Positions 9,770-18,896 of a stretch of 64,000 nucleotides of DNA are shown piece by piece. Source of the DNA: Spirochaetia bacterium (lineage in GTDB: Bacteria; Spirochaetota; Spirochaetia; SZUA-6; Bin103); assembly GCA_965203905.1 (NCBI GenBank), contig CBDBDQ010000005.1:3360001-3424000 (forward strand). The letters run 5' to 3'. The notes beneath the pieces are model-generated. The model was not told the origin of the DNA and searched no databases. It saw only the letters and a list, made by a program, of their open reading frames with translations. The position numbers were made by a program, and so were the translations under genes. Within the stretch, counting starts at the first letter, position 1. Each line of letters starts with the position of its first letter.

Positions 9770-10417
9770 TCATCGGTCCTGTTGACGCGTACGCGCCGCG
9801 CGGAATGACTCCTGGACGTTGACCGAGAAACCGGACAGCAGCGCCGACCCGGCGTGCGCTCCCGGTCGGAACACGCCGTGTTCCCGGTATGTGCCGTCCG
9901 CCAGGAAGAGCACCGTCACGGTCTCGTCCAGCGGGTTGACGATCCAGTACTCGGGGATGCCCGCCTCCGCGTAGTCCAGGCGCTTGTCCACCATGTCCCG
10001 GTCGGGATTGTCCGGGCTGACTACCTCCATCACCAGGTCCGCGCCGAGCCAATAGTCGTCCCGGCAGCGCGGGTCGCCGGCGTCGCGGACGAGCAGCAGA
10101 TCCGGCTCGCGGAACTTGCCGTCGCGGATACGCAGGCGCAAGGGGGCGTAGAATGCCTCCCCGCCGCTATCGCGCACGAAAGAATCCAGGGCCCGGAACA
10201 GGAACTTCGAAATCGCCTGATGTCGTTGGGTGGGGAGGGGCAGAAACTCAATGCATCCGTCGGTGAACTCGATCAGGCGGTTGCTTTCGTTCGTCAGCCT
10301 CAGGTACTGCGCCTGGGTCCAGTACCCCTGCAACGCGGACAGGCCGGCGAGCGTGCAGTCGTCGACCGTGACGACCCGCAGTCGGTCGGTCTGTTCGGAG
10401 GCAACCGCGATGTCCAT
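9770..10417 (-). CDS. Uma2 family endonuclease
   Basis: LIEFTDG, REPDLL, ADLVMEVVSP, KRLDYAEAGIPEYWIV. Confidence 0.92.
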   Translation of the reverse strand: MDIAVASEQTDRLRVVTVDDCTLAGLSALQGYWTQAQYLRLTNESNRLIEFTDGCIEFLPLPTQRHQAISKFLFRALDSFVRDSGGEAFYAPLRLRIRDGKFREPDLLLVRDAGDPRCRDDYWLGADLVMEVVSPDNPDRDMVDKRLDYAEAGIPEYWIVNPLDETVTVLFLADGTYREHGVFRPGAHAGSALLSGFSVNVQESFRAARTRQQDR

Positions 10418-10602
10418 GTCAGCTTCCGTGTGTTCAATTTCCGTGCGCCGGATTGCCCTGTCAACAACCTCGGGCCTCCAGGGCCTTCATGCGCAGGGCA
10501 CTCCAGGGCGCTCGGCTCCCGCTCCAGCTTGACCGGCGCGCGGAGCGACCCGCGCCCCACGTCCTCGACGCTGATGACCTCCCACACTAAGCTGAGCGCC
10601 AC

Positions 10603-11571
10603 ATGACGCAGCCGGCCCCTGCCGCAACGGCCGCGCCGCATACTGTCGTGGCGCGGCTCGGCACCTACTTCCGCAAGCGCATCCTGCCCAACTGGGACCT
10701 GTACCTGATCGTCTCGGTGCCGGTGGCCTACATCGTCATCTTCCACTACGTGCCCATGTACGGGGCCCAGATCGCGTTCCGCAACTTCTCACCGATCAAG
10801 GGGATCTGGGGCAGCCCGTGGGTCGGGCTCGAGCACGTGGTGCGGTTCGCCGAGTCGTTCAGCTTCTGGCGCATCTTCGGCAACACCCTGGGACTGAGCA
10901 TCTACCACCTGGCGGCCGGGTTTCCCATTCCAATCATGCTGGCGCTGTCGCTCAACTACGCGCGCAGCCGCGCCTTCAAGAAGACCGTGCAACTCGTCAC
11001 CTACGCCCCGCACTTCATCTCCACGGTGGTGATCGTGGGCATGATCCTGCAGTTCCTGGCGACTCGCGGCGGCATCGTCAACGCGCTGATCGGGCTGGCC
11101 GGGATCGAGGCGGTCAACTTCATGGGCGAGCCGTCCTACTTCAAGTCGATCTACGTGTGGACGGAGGTGTGGCAGGAGACCGGGTGGGGCGCGATCATCT
11201 ACCTGGCGGCGCTGTCGGCCATCGATCCGGAGTTGCACGAGGCGGCTATCGTCGACGGTGCCAGCCGGGTGCAGCGCATCGTCCACATCGACATCCCCGG
11301 CATCCTGCCGACGGTGACCATCCTGCTGATCCTGCGCTTCGGGCGGGTCCTGTTCGTGGGCTTCGAGAAGGTGCTGCTGATGCAGAATCCGCTCAACCTG
11401 CCCTCCTCGGAGATCATCCAGACCTACGTGTACAAGATCGGGCTGGTGTCGGCGATCCCGAACTACTCCTACGCCGCGGCGATCGGCCTGTTCTCGGCGG
11501 TGATCAGCTTCGTGCTGCTGGTCCTGGTGAACCAGTTCGCCAAGCGCCTGGGGCAGACCAGCCTGTGGTAG
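10603..11571 (+). CDS. LplB-like carbohydrate ABC permease
   Basis: YVPMYGAQIAF, WVGLEH, APHFISTVV, IDPELHEAAIVDGA. Confidence 0.93.
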   Translation: MTQPAPAATAAPHTVVARLGTYFRKRILPNWDLYLIVSVPVAYIVIFHYVPMYGAQIAFRNFSPIKGIWGSPWVGLEHVVRFAESFSFWRIFGNTLGLSIYHLAAGFPIPIMLALSLNYARSRAFKKTVQLVTYAPHFISTVVIVGMILQFLATRGGIVNALIGLAGIEAVNFMGEPSYFKSIYVWTEVWQETGWGAIIYLAALSAIDPELHEAAIVDGASRVQRIVHIDIPGILPTVTILLILRFGRVLFVGFEKVLLMQNPLNLPSSEIIQTYVYKIGLVSAIPNYSYAAAIGLFSAVISFVLLVLVNQFAKRLGQTSLW

Positions 11572-11576
11572 GACGG

Positions 11577-12593
11577 ATGGAAGGCACGCTGCAACCCTCG
11601 ACCGCCGCCCCGCCGATCCGCGAGCGCCCGGCCGCCGCCGCCTCACGGCGTCGCCTGCCGCCCATCCTGACCTTTCTTTCTCGTATCGGCGGTGGCCCGC
11701 CGATACGAGAAAGTCGCGGCGACCGGGTGTTCAATGGGTTCAACCTGCTGTTCTTGTGGGGCTGGCTGCTGGTGGTGCTGTATCCGCTGGTGTACGTGCT
11801 GAGCTCCTCGTTCTCGTCGCCGCTGGCGGTGATCACGGGGAGGGTGTGGCTGCTGCCGGTGGAGCCGGTGCTGGACGGCTACAAGGCCGTGTTCCAGAGC
11901 AGGATGGTGTGGACCGGCTACTACAACAGCATCTTCTACGCGGTGTTCGGCACCGCCATCAACGTGGTGGTGACCATCATGGCCGCCTACCCGCTGGCGC
12001 GGCGCGACTTCGTGGGGCGCAACGTCATCATGTTCCTGTTCACCTTCACCCTGTTCTTCTCCGGCGGACTGATTCCCACCTTCCTGCTGGTGCGCGACCT
12101 GGGGCTGGTCAATACGCGCTGGGCGATGCTGCTGCCGAGTGCGCTGGGAGTGTGGCACGTGATCATCACCCGTACCTACTTCCAGAGCACCCTGCCGCAG
12201 GAGCTGCTGGAGTCGGCCCAGCTCGACGGCTGCAGCAACCTGCGCTTCATCTGGGCGATCGTGCTGCCGCTGTCGAAGGCGATCGTGGCGGTGATCGCCC
12301 TGTTCTACGCGGTCAACCATTGGAACACCTTCTTTTCCGCGCTGATCTACCTGAAGGACCAGAAGCTGTTCCCGCTGCAGATCGTGCTGCGCACGATCCT
12401 GATCCAGAACCAGGTGGACGCCACCATGATGGAGGCGATCGAAGACCTGGAGCAGATGGCCGCACGCGAGCACATGGAGGCGCTGCTGAAGTACGCGTTG
12501 ATCGTGGTGGCCAGCGTGCCGGTGCTGATGGTGTACCCCTTCGTGCAGCGCTACTTCGTGAAGGGCGTGATGATCGGCGCCCTGAAGGGGTAA
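11577..12593 (+). CDS. LplC-like carbohydrate ABC permease
   Basis: FFSGGLIPTFL, ELLESAQLDG, HWNTFF, YPFVQRYFVKGVMIGALKG. Confidence 0.93.
   Translation: MEGTLQPSTAAPPIRERPAAAASRRRLPPILTFLSRIGGGPPIRESRGDRVFNGFNLLFLWGWLLVVLYPLVYVLSSSFSSPLAVITGRVWLLPVEPVLDGYKAVFQSRMVWTGYYNSIFYAVFGTAINVVVTIMAAYPLARRDFVGRNVIMFLFTFTLFFSGGLIPTFLLVRDLGLVNTRWAMLLPSALGVWHVIITRTYFQSTLPQELLESAQLDGCSNLRFIWAIVLPLSKAIVAVIALFYAVNHWNTFFSALIYLKDQKLFPLQIVLRTILIQNQVDATMMEAIEDLEQMAAREHMEALLKYALIVVASVPVLMVYPFVQRYFVKGVMIGALKG
11676..11713. repeat. Perfect 17-bp inverted repeat with 4-nt loop inside the permease 5' region
   Basis: CTTTCTCGTATCGGCGG-TGGC-CCGCCGATACGAGAAAG. Confidence 0.9.
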
Positions 12594-12687
12594 CCGGTTA
12601 CACGGCTCGCGTTGTCAACCTACTTGCCACGGGGTACGGTGGATTGCGATTGCTGCGGTCGTGGCTACGGGTACCAAGGAGGCTCTT

Positions 12688-12933
12688 GTGGACTACAAAG
12701 TGCCGCTCGTAATGACTCCGCAACCTGAGGGCGGCTATACCGTGACGTCCCCCTTGTTGCCGGAGTTGATCACCGAGGGCGATTCCATTCGTGATGCGAT
12801 GGAGAATGTAAAGGATGCTTTGGCTGCGGTACTCGAGCTTTACGAAGAACTTGGACGTTCGCTACCTCAAAGCACGCAGATAACAGTCACCAGCGGCCCG
12901 GTTTGGTGTGAGACCTTGATTTCCACCGCGTGA
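12688..12933 (+). CDS. hicB: HicB-family antitoxin (short form)
   Basis: PQPEGGYTVTSPLLPELITEGDSIRDAMENVKDAL; GTG after AAGGAGG. Confidence 0.85.
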   Translation: MDYKVPLVMTPQPEGGYTVTSPLLPELITEGDSIRDAMENVKDALAAVLELYEELGRSLPQSTQITVTSGPVWCETLISTA

Positions 12934-13141
12934 GGTATCGGGAAGTTGCACGCAAGCTGACGCTGCTTGGATGCCGGAACAGGAGCGACGAGGAGGAGGG
13001 TCTCATCGCAAGTGGTATAACCCCGACTCCCAACGAGCCACTGTGCTTCCGGATTGGGGTAGCCGCGATCTGAAGCTGGGCACGGTTCGAGCTGCGATTC
13101 GACAGTTGGACATCGATTGGCAGGACTTTCGGCGTGCGTAG
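12930..13141 (+). pseudogene. hicA: HicA-family toxin with a 1-nt frameshift
   Basis: Adding one G at about 12977 gives MRYREVARKLTLLGCREQERRGGGSHRKWYNP...LKLGTVRAAIRQLDIDWQDFRRA with the GSH motif; not in the ORF track. Confidence 0.85.
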
Positions 13142-13257
13142 GTTCCCGGACCCCGGCTCCCCGGTTTGTTTGCTCGACCAAATGGCAGGTGCGGGTTAGT
13201 ATCGCCTGATCGGGATCGGCGGCGTGGTTCGCGGTGACCGGCGGGAGGAGGAGAAGC

Positions 13258-14892
13258 ATGTCACGTTCGCTGTTGTTGACGTTGTCGCTGTGCGTGGTGC
13301 TGGCCGCGGGCGCCTGGGCGGGAGGCGAGGCCGAGGGCGCCGCCGCCGCGACCGGGCCGCAGGTCACGGCGCCCGGGACCTTTCCGGTGGTCGAGGAGAT
13401 GACCACCGTGAGCGCGCTGGTGGGCGGCCATCGGCTGGTGGAGAACCTGGAGACAAACGAGTTCACCGCCAGGTACGAGGAGATGACCAACGTCCACTTC
13501 GAGTTCGACATCGCGCCCTACGGGCAGTGGGCGGAGAAGCGCAACCTGGTGCTCGCCTCCGGTGACCTGCCCGACATCTTCATGTACGTGGGCATCAACG
13601 CAACCCAGATGGTGGCCTACGGCAGCCAGGGCCTGTTCCATCCGCTGCAGGACGTGATCGCGGAACACAGCGTCCACCTCAAGAAGCTGATGGAGGAAAA
13701 GCCCTACATCGCCCAGGATCTGACCGCGCCGGACGGCAACATCTACGCCCTGCCGCAAGGTGCGGAGTGCTTCCACTGCTCTGCGCCGCGCAAGATGTGG
13801 ATCTACCAGCCGTGGCTGGACTCGCTCGGCCTGGAGATGCCGGAGACTACCGACGACTTCCTGGAGGTGCTGACGGCGTTCAAGGACGGCGACCCCAATG
13901 GCAACGGCGAGGCCGACGAGATTCCGCTGGCCGGTTACATCCGCGGCGCCCTCAACCACTTCCTGATCAGCGCCTTCGAGTACTGGGACGGCAGTCTGCT
14001 CAAGATCGAGGACGGCACCATCCGCTTCGTCGCCGACAGCGAGGCGTTCCGCGACGGCGTACGCTACATGAAGCAACTCCACGACGCCGGCGTGCTGGCG
14101 CCCGAGAGCTTCACCATGGACAACAAGCAGCTCAAGCAGCTCGGCGAGAATCCCGACGTCGAGATCCTCGGTGCCGCGCCGGCGCTGTGGTACGGCGTGT
14201 TCGCCACCAACTTCGGGCCCTCGGGCCGCTTCCTGAACTGGCGCGTGGTGCCGCCGCTCACCGGGCCGAGCGGGCTCAAGATGGCGGTCACGGCACCGTT
14301 CCGGGTGCAGCCTCACACCCTGGTGAGCCACGTCTACGACCATCCCGCGGTGATCGTGCGCTGGGCCGACTGGCTCTACTCGATGGAGGGCAACCGCAAC
14401 GCCAACGTGGGCGTGGAGGGCAAGGACTGGCGCCGCTCCAAGCCGGGCGAGGTGAACTACAACGGCAATCCGGCGATGTTCTTCGTCGAGCCGCACGTCA
14501 AGTACGAGATGCAGAACCAGCGCTGGCTGCACGTCGGCCCGCACTTCAACTCCCGCGAGCTGCGCCAGGGCGGGGCCACTACCCCGGAGATCATGGAGAA
14601 GGGACAGGAGCGGCGCCTCTACCAGTGGACCGACGAGTTCTACCACCCCTACAAGTACGCCGAGTTCATGCCCAACCTGATCTTCGGCGAGGCCGATGCG
14701 CTGGAGCTGGGGCAGATCGAGCCGGCCCTGAAGGATGCGGTCGACTCCGCCATTGCCCGCTTCGTGACCGGCAACCTGAGCCTGGACGACGACTGGGACG
14801 GCTACGTGCGCGAGCTGGAGGGCCTGGGCCGCGCACGCTACCTGGAACTCTACCAGCAGGCACTGGACGCCAAGCGGGCGGCGACCCAGTAG
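13258..14892 (+). CDS. Carbohydrate ABC extracellular solute-binding protein
   Basis: Signal peptide ending AWAGGEAE; ASGDLPD, APDGNIYALP, DPNGNGEADEIP; SD GGAGGAG. Confidence 0.93.
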   Translation: MSRSLLLTLSLCVVLAAGAWAGGEAEGAAAATGPQVTAPGTFPVVEEMTTVSALVGGHRLVENLETNEFTARYEEMTNVHFEFDIAPYGQWAEKRNLVLASGDLPDIFMYVGINATQMVAYGSQGLFHPLQDVIAEHSVHLKKLMEEKPYIAQDLTAPDGNIYALPQGAECFHCSAPRKMWIYQPWLDSLGLEMPETTDDFLEVLTAFKDGDPNGNGEADEIPLAGYIRGALNHFLISAFEYWDGSLLKIEDGTIRFVADSEAFRDGVRYMKQLHDAGVLAPESFTMDNKQLKQLGENPDVEILGAAPALWYGVFATNFGPSGRFLNWRVVPPLTGPSGLKMAVTAPFRVQPHTLVSHVYDHPAVIVRWADWLYSMEGNRNANVGVEGKDWRRSKPGEVNYNGNPAMFFVEPHVKYEMQNQRWLHVGPHFNSRELRQGGATTPEIMEKGQERRLYQWTDEFYHPYKYAEFMPNLIFGEADALELGQIEPALKDAVDSAIARFVTGNLSLDDDWDGYVRELEGLGRARYLELYQQALDAKRAATQ

Positions 14893-14922
14893 CGTGGCGC
14901 AGTCGCAGTAGAGCGAACGTCG

Positions 14923-16275
14923 ATGGCACGGCAGCCCAACTTCGTATTCATCTTCGCCGACGACTGGGGATGGGGCGACCTGGGCTGCTACGGCCACGAC
15001 ACCATCCGCACGCCGCACCTCGACCGGCTGGCGAGCGAGGGGCGGCTGTTCAGCCAGTTCTACGTCTGCTCGGGGGTGTGCTCGCCGAGCCGCAGCGCGG
15101 TGATGACCGGGCGCTTCCCGGCGCGCGACCGCATCCACGGCCACCTGGCCGAGCACGAGATGAACCGCCGGCGGGGCATGCCCGACTGGCTGGACCCCGG
15201 CGCCGCGACCTACACCCGGCTGCTGCAGCAGGCCGGCTACCGGGTCGGCCACTTCGGCAAGTGGCACCTGGGGAACGGACCCGGCGCTCCCGAGCCGAGC
15301 GCCTACGGCATCGACGAGTCGTTCGTCAACGCCGGCGAGGGGCCGCAGCTGGAGTTCGCCCGCGAGCGCTGGGCGCCGGGCCTGCGCATCCGCTCCAGCG
15401 AGTTCATCGTGAACCACGCCATGCGCTTCATCGAGCGCCATCGCGACCAGCCGTTCCTGGTCAACGCGTGGCTCAACGATACCCACGCCATCCTCGACCC
15501 GACACGGGAGCAGCTCGAGAGCTACCGCGACACCGGACCTCAGCTCGTCGACTACCCGGGGGCCACGGCGATCTACTACGCCACCGCCACCGAGGCGGAT
15601 CGCCAGATCGGGCGCCTGCTGGAGCGCCTCGACGAGCTCGGCCTGGCGGACGACACGGTGGTGATCTTCTCCTCGGACAACGGCCCGGAGGACATCCTCG
15701 TGCGCAACGCCGCGCACAGCGGGGTGGGCAGCGCCGGGCCGTTCCGCGGCCGCAAGCGCAGCCTGTACGAGGGTGGAGTACGGGTGCCGTTCATCCTGCG
15801 CTGGCCGGCGGGCGGCGGTCCGCGCGGGGCGGTAGACGACGCCACGCCGCTGTGCGCGGTGGATCTGCTGCCCACCTTCTGCCGGCTGGCGGGGGTGGAG
15901 CCGCCGTCACCGCTGCTGCTCGACGGCGAGGACATGAGCGACGTGTTCGCCGGCGCTACCCGGGAGCGGCGCACGCCGCTGCTGTGGGAGTGGCGCTTCC
16001 GCATCGTCGGCCACGTGCTCAACCGCAGCCCGATGCTGGCGCTGCGCGACGGACCGTGGAAGCTGCTGGTCAACCCCGACCGCGAGCGCCTGGAGCTCTA
16101 TCACGTGCCCTCCGATCCGATGGAGCTGGACAACCGCGCGCGCGATGAACGCGGCCTGGCGGACGAGCTGGCCGACCGCGTGGTGGCCTGGCAGGCGGAG
16201 TTGCCGGAGGGCCCGGTCGACCCGGACGCCGGCACCAACACCTACCCCTGGCCGCAGCCGTCGCAGCAGCGCTGA
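14923..16275 (+). CDS. Cys-type (formylglycine) sulfatase
   Basis: PNFVFIFADD, CSPSRSAVMTG, GKWHLG, SSDNG, YEGGVRVP. Confidence 0.93.
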   Translation: MARQPNFVFIFADDWGWGDLGCYGHDTIRTPHLDRLASEGRLFSQFYVCSGVCSPSRSAVMTGRFPARDRIHGHLAEHEMNRRRGMPDWLDPGAATYTRLLQQAGYRVGHFGKWHLGNGPGAPEPSAYGIDESFVNAGEGPQLEFARERWAPGLRIRSSEFIVNHAMRFIERHRDQPFLVNAWLNDTHAILDPTREQLESYRDTGPQLVDYPGATAIYYATATEADRQIGRLLERLDELGLADDTVVIFSSDNGPEDILVRNAAHSGVGSAGPFRGRKRSLYEGGVRVPFILRWPAGGGPRGAVDDATPLCAVDLLPTFCRLAGVEPPSPLLLDGEDMSDVFAGATRERRTPLLWEWRFRIVGHVLNRSPMLALRDGPWKLLVNPDRERLELYHVPSDPMELDNRARDERGLADELADRVVAWQAELPEGPVDPDAGTNTYPWPQPSQQR

Positions 16276-16389
16276 ACACAACGCCGCGTGGGTGACCTCC
16301 AGTACAATGGACACGTCCGATTCGAGACAGAGGTGAACTCTACGCCCGTCCCGTCTTGGTTGGCACTCGCCGGAGTGCACCCGTAGTCG

Positions 16390-16443
16390 CGTCGTCGATC
16401 GGGGATCCTTCAACGCGTAGACGTAGTACAAGTTCGTGGCCAC
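16390..16443 (-). pseudogene. N-terminal remnant of a LEM-3-like GIY-YIG nuclease
   Basis: VATNLYYVYALKDPRS matches the YYVYxLxDPR start of that family; the second (YIG) motif is absent. Confidence 0.45.
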
Positions 16444-16495
16444 CTTGAATTCCGCTGAGCCAAGCCGCCCAATTCGCACGCCGGGCGAGCGCCGA

Positions 16496-18076
16496 TCACG
16501 TGGCCCCGTCTGGCGACGGCGCGTCCTCCCGATGCCGGAAGCGGTGGTGGGCTCGACAGCGAAGGCGCAAGTTCCCGGGCTCAGCGCTGCCGCCGAGCGC
16601 GAAGGGAACGATGTGGTCGAGCTCCAGCAGGAAGCGGGAGCCGCAGCGCCGCCCGCTGTGCGGATCGACGTAACTGCAGCAGCCGCCGTCGCGGAGCCAC
16701 ACCTCGCGCCGCACTGGTGCCGGGATGTAGCGGGATCGACGCGCCCGGTGGGACGGCTGCGCGCTGCCTGCGGACGGGCCGGCAGGCGCCGGTTGCGACT
16801 GCGCACGGCCACCGAGCTGCGCCGCCCCTGCCGGCTTCGCTGGCGAAGGCGGGTTGCGACCGCGATCCGCCGCTGCCTGCGCGGTCGGCATGCACTGGTC
16901 TGCCGGCGGCGTCGGCCGTGGCGTCGGAACGGAGGCGCGGGCCCGACAACCAGCCACCAACTTCGCCGCCGAAGCAGCATTGCCGGGCGCCCCCGCCGCT
17001 GGCTTGGCACTCACCGGCGTGCTGCTGCCGCAAGTCTCGCGCCCCGACGGCGGCGCGGACAGCGCGGCCACCGCCGAGGTGCCGGCGTCGCCATTCCCGT
17101 GCGCGGGTTCCGCTGCGGACAGCGCTGCCGGCACCGGCGTGCTGCCACCGGCGCTCGTGCCCTCCGGCGGCGGCGCTCCGGGTTTCTTTTGCGTGCCCCG
17201 CTTCGCCGGCGAAGTCGCTCCGCCCGCCGGCGCTTCCTGCGGCTTCGTCTCCGGCGCCTGGCCCGCGCTTGCCTCCCGGCGCCCACCTCTGCGCCCGCGC
17301 GGCGGCCGCCCCGGGTCGTAGCGCTGCAGGCCGTCCTGCACCAGCCGCTCCACCAGCTGCCCCAGCGTCAGGTGCGGGTCCACGTGCGACAGCAGTGCTC
17401 GTAGCTGCTCGATCCCGCACTGACACGCAGCGTCGATCGCCACCTTCAGCTCCCAGCGGCCCTCGCCCAGCGCCCGCATGCGATCGGCCGGCCGCGCCAG
17501 CTCGGGAGCCACCCCGGCCAACAACTGCTTCACCTCGCGGGTGCTCTTGCCGCTCGCCTGGGCCACCAGCTCCTGCCGCTGCGCCGCGTCCAGCGCCGGC
17601 ACCGGTCGCGCTGGCGCCGCTGCCCCGGTCCCGGAAGCCCCAGCCTCCGGCGCCGGCCCCGTGGCGCCCGGCAACAGCTCCGGTGCCGCGGGTGCGGAGC
17701 CGAGGTCCGGGGCGGCGGTCGCGGTGCGCTGCAGGAGATCGAAGGTGTTCTGCAACTGCGCCGCCGCGCTCAGGGAGAGCGAGCCGTCCTGCAGCCGCTC
17801 GCGTGACCCGGCGGTCTCGGAGCACAGGCGCATGGCTTTGATACGGCGCCAGGCGGCGCCTTCGCTATAGCCCAGTTCGCGAACGGCGTAGTCGAACAGG
17901 CTGGAGAACCCGAGGCGCAGGTGGAGGTGGCGGGCGTGGATCTCGCGCAAGTGGTCGAGGACGGCGAGCTGCAGCGCCTGCTCGTGCAGGACGAGGGACC
18001 TGGTGTGCGCCAGCAGCACCTGGTCGGGGAGCCCGGAGAGCGGGCACGAGAAGCTGGTGGCGGTCGCGGTAGCCAT
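16496..18076 (-). CDS. HNH endonuclease with DUF222-like N-terminus and long low-complexity linker
   Basis: LGFSSLFDYAVRELGYSEGAAWRRI at the N-terminus; SRYIPAPVRREVWLRDGGCC...C...ELDHIVP...GG...NLRLRCRAHH at the C-terminus. Confidence 0.9.
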   Translation of the reverse strand: MATATATSFSCPLSGLPDQVLLAHTRSLVLHEQALQLAVLDHLREIHARHLHLRLGFSSLFDYAVRELGYSEGAAWRRIKAMRLCSETAGSRERLQDGSLSLSAAAQLQNTFDLLQRTATAAPDLGSAPAAPELLPGATGPAPEAGASGTGAAAPARPVPALDAAQRQELVAQASGKSTREVKQLLAGVAPELARPADRMRALGEGRWELKVAIDAACQCGIEQLRALLSHVDPHLTLGQLVERLVQDGLQRYDPGRPPRGRRGGRREASAGQAPETKPQEAPAGGATSPAKRGTQKKPGAPPPEGTSAGGSTPVPAALSAAEPAHGNGDAGTSAVAALSAPPSGRETCGSSTPVSAKPAAGAPGNAASAAKLVAGCRARASVPTPRPTPPADQCMPTAQAAADRGRNPPSPAKPAGAAQLGGRAQSQPAPAGPSAGSAQPSHRARRSRYIPAPVRREVWLRDGGCCSYVDPHSGRRCGSRFLLELDHIVPFALGGSAEPGNLRLRCRAHHRFRHREDAPSPDGAT

Positions 18077-18529
18077 GGCGTAAATATAAGCATGGTTGAG
18101 AAATGACCGGTTTCGGAAACTCCCGGGACGGGCATCGGGCAGGGCACAGGCCGGCGCTGACGGGGTGCTGACGGGCCGGTGGGGGTGGCGGGATGCTCGA
18201 AGGGTCGGAGGGGCCGGAACGTGCGGCAGAAGGCCGCTATGAGCAGCGCCAAACCCGTCAAGTGCTCAGCGCATTTTTTTGGCACTTATTCGCAGAATCC
18301 GGCGAATCCTGCACCGCGGCGCCGACGTGGCAGCAATGCAGCGGCGGAGACCGGCGTTGCGGGAGGCGGCACTCCGTTCATTTCTGGACACATCGTACAG
18401 CGAACGAACCACGTACCTCAAAGGCGGCGATCTGGCCGGCGCCCGGGCCACCACCGCCGCTCGGCCATTACTTCCAGAACATCCCTTGTCCACACGGGAT
18501 GCCGACGCCGTTTAGCACGGGACCCTGAC

Positions 18530-18584
18530 CGTGGGCTCCCGTGGGCTCCCGCGGGCTCGCGGGCTCCGCGGGCTCCGCGGGCTC
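18530..18584. repeat. About 6 degenerate tandem copies of CGYGGGCTC(C)
   Basis: cgtgggctcc cgtgggctcc cgcgggct cgcgggctc cgcgggctc cgcgggctc. Confidence 0.8.
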
Positions 18585-18592
18585 GGCAGGCG

Positions 18593-18622
18593 TTGACCCG
18601 CATGTGGGGATCTGATAACAAT
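18593..18622 (+). promoter_or_regulatory. Candidate sigma70 promoter for the family-5 SBP operon
   Basis: TTGACC followed 17-18 nt later by TAACAAT. Confidence 0.4.
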
Positions 18623-18896
18623 CTGCTCCGCGCTACAGGGTAGCGCCCCGCAATTCGGGGAGGCGTCCGGTGTCCCGAACGAAGACGGCGGCTTCCCGGC
18701 GCTCGGTCGAGCGCCCGGCGGCAAGGGCGGGGAGCCCGTGCCGGGGTGACTCACCGGAGCGTGGTGGAGCGCCGCCTTGGCGTCAACGAGCAGGAGGTTG
18801 TGTGACATAAGGGACCGAGCGCCACGAGCTGATCGAGGCACGGGTGCCAACACAATCGAATCCATCGCCAATTATGGTTGCAAGGAGGAGAGCAAT

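Noticed and set aside
13261-15717. Very long antisense and alternate-frame ORFs (e.g. 818 aa at 13261-15717, 683 aa at 18783-20834, 701 aa at 57266-59371)
   Set aside because: Shadows of real genes caused by high GC3; no recognisable motifs.
18530-18584. Tandem repeat considered as a CRISPR array
   Set aside because: 8-10 bp units with no spacers; no cas genes in the window.
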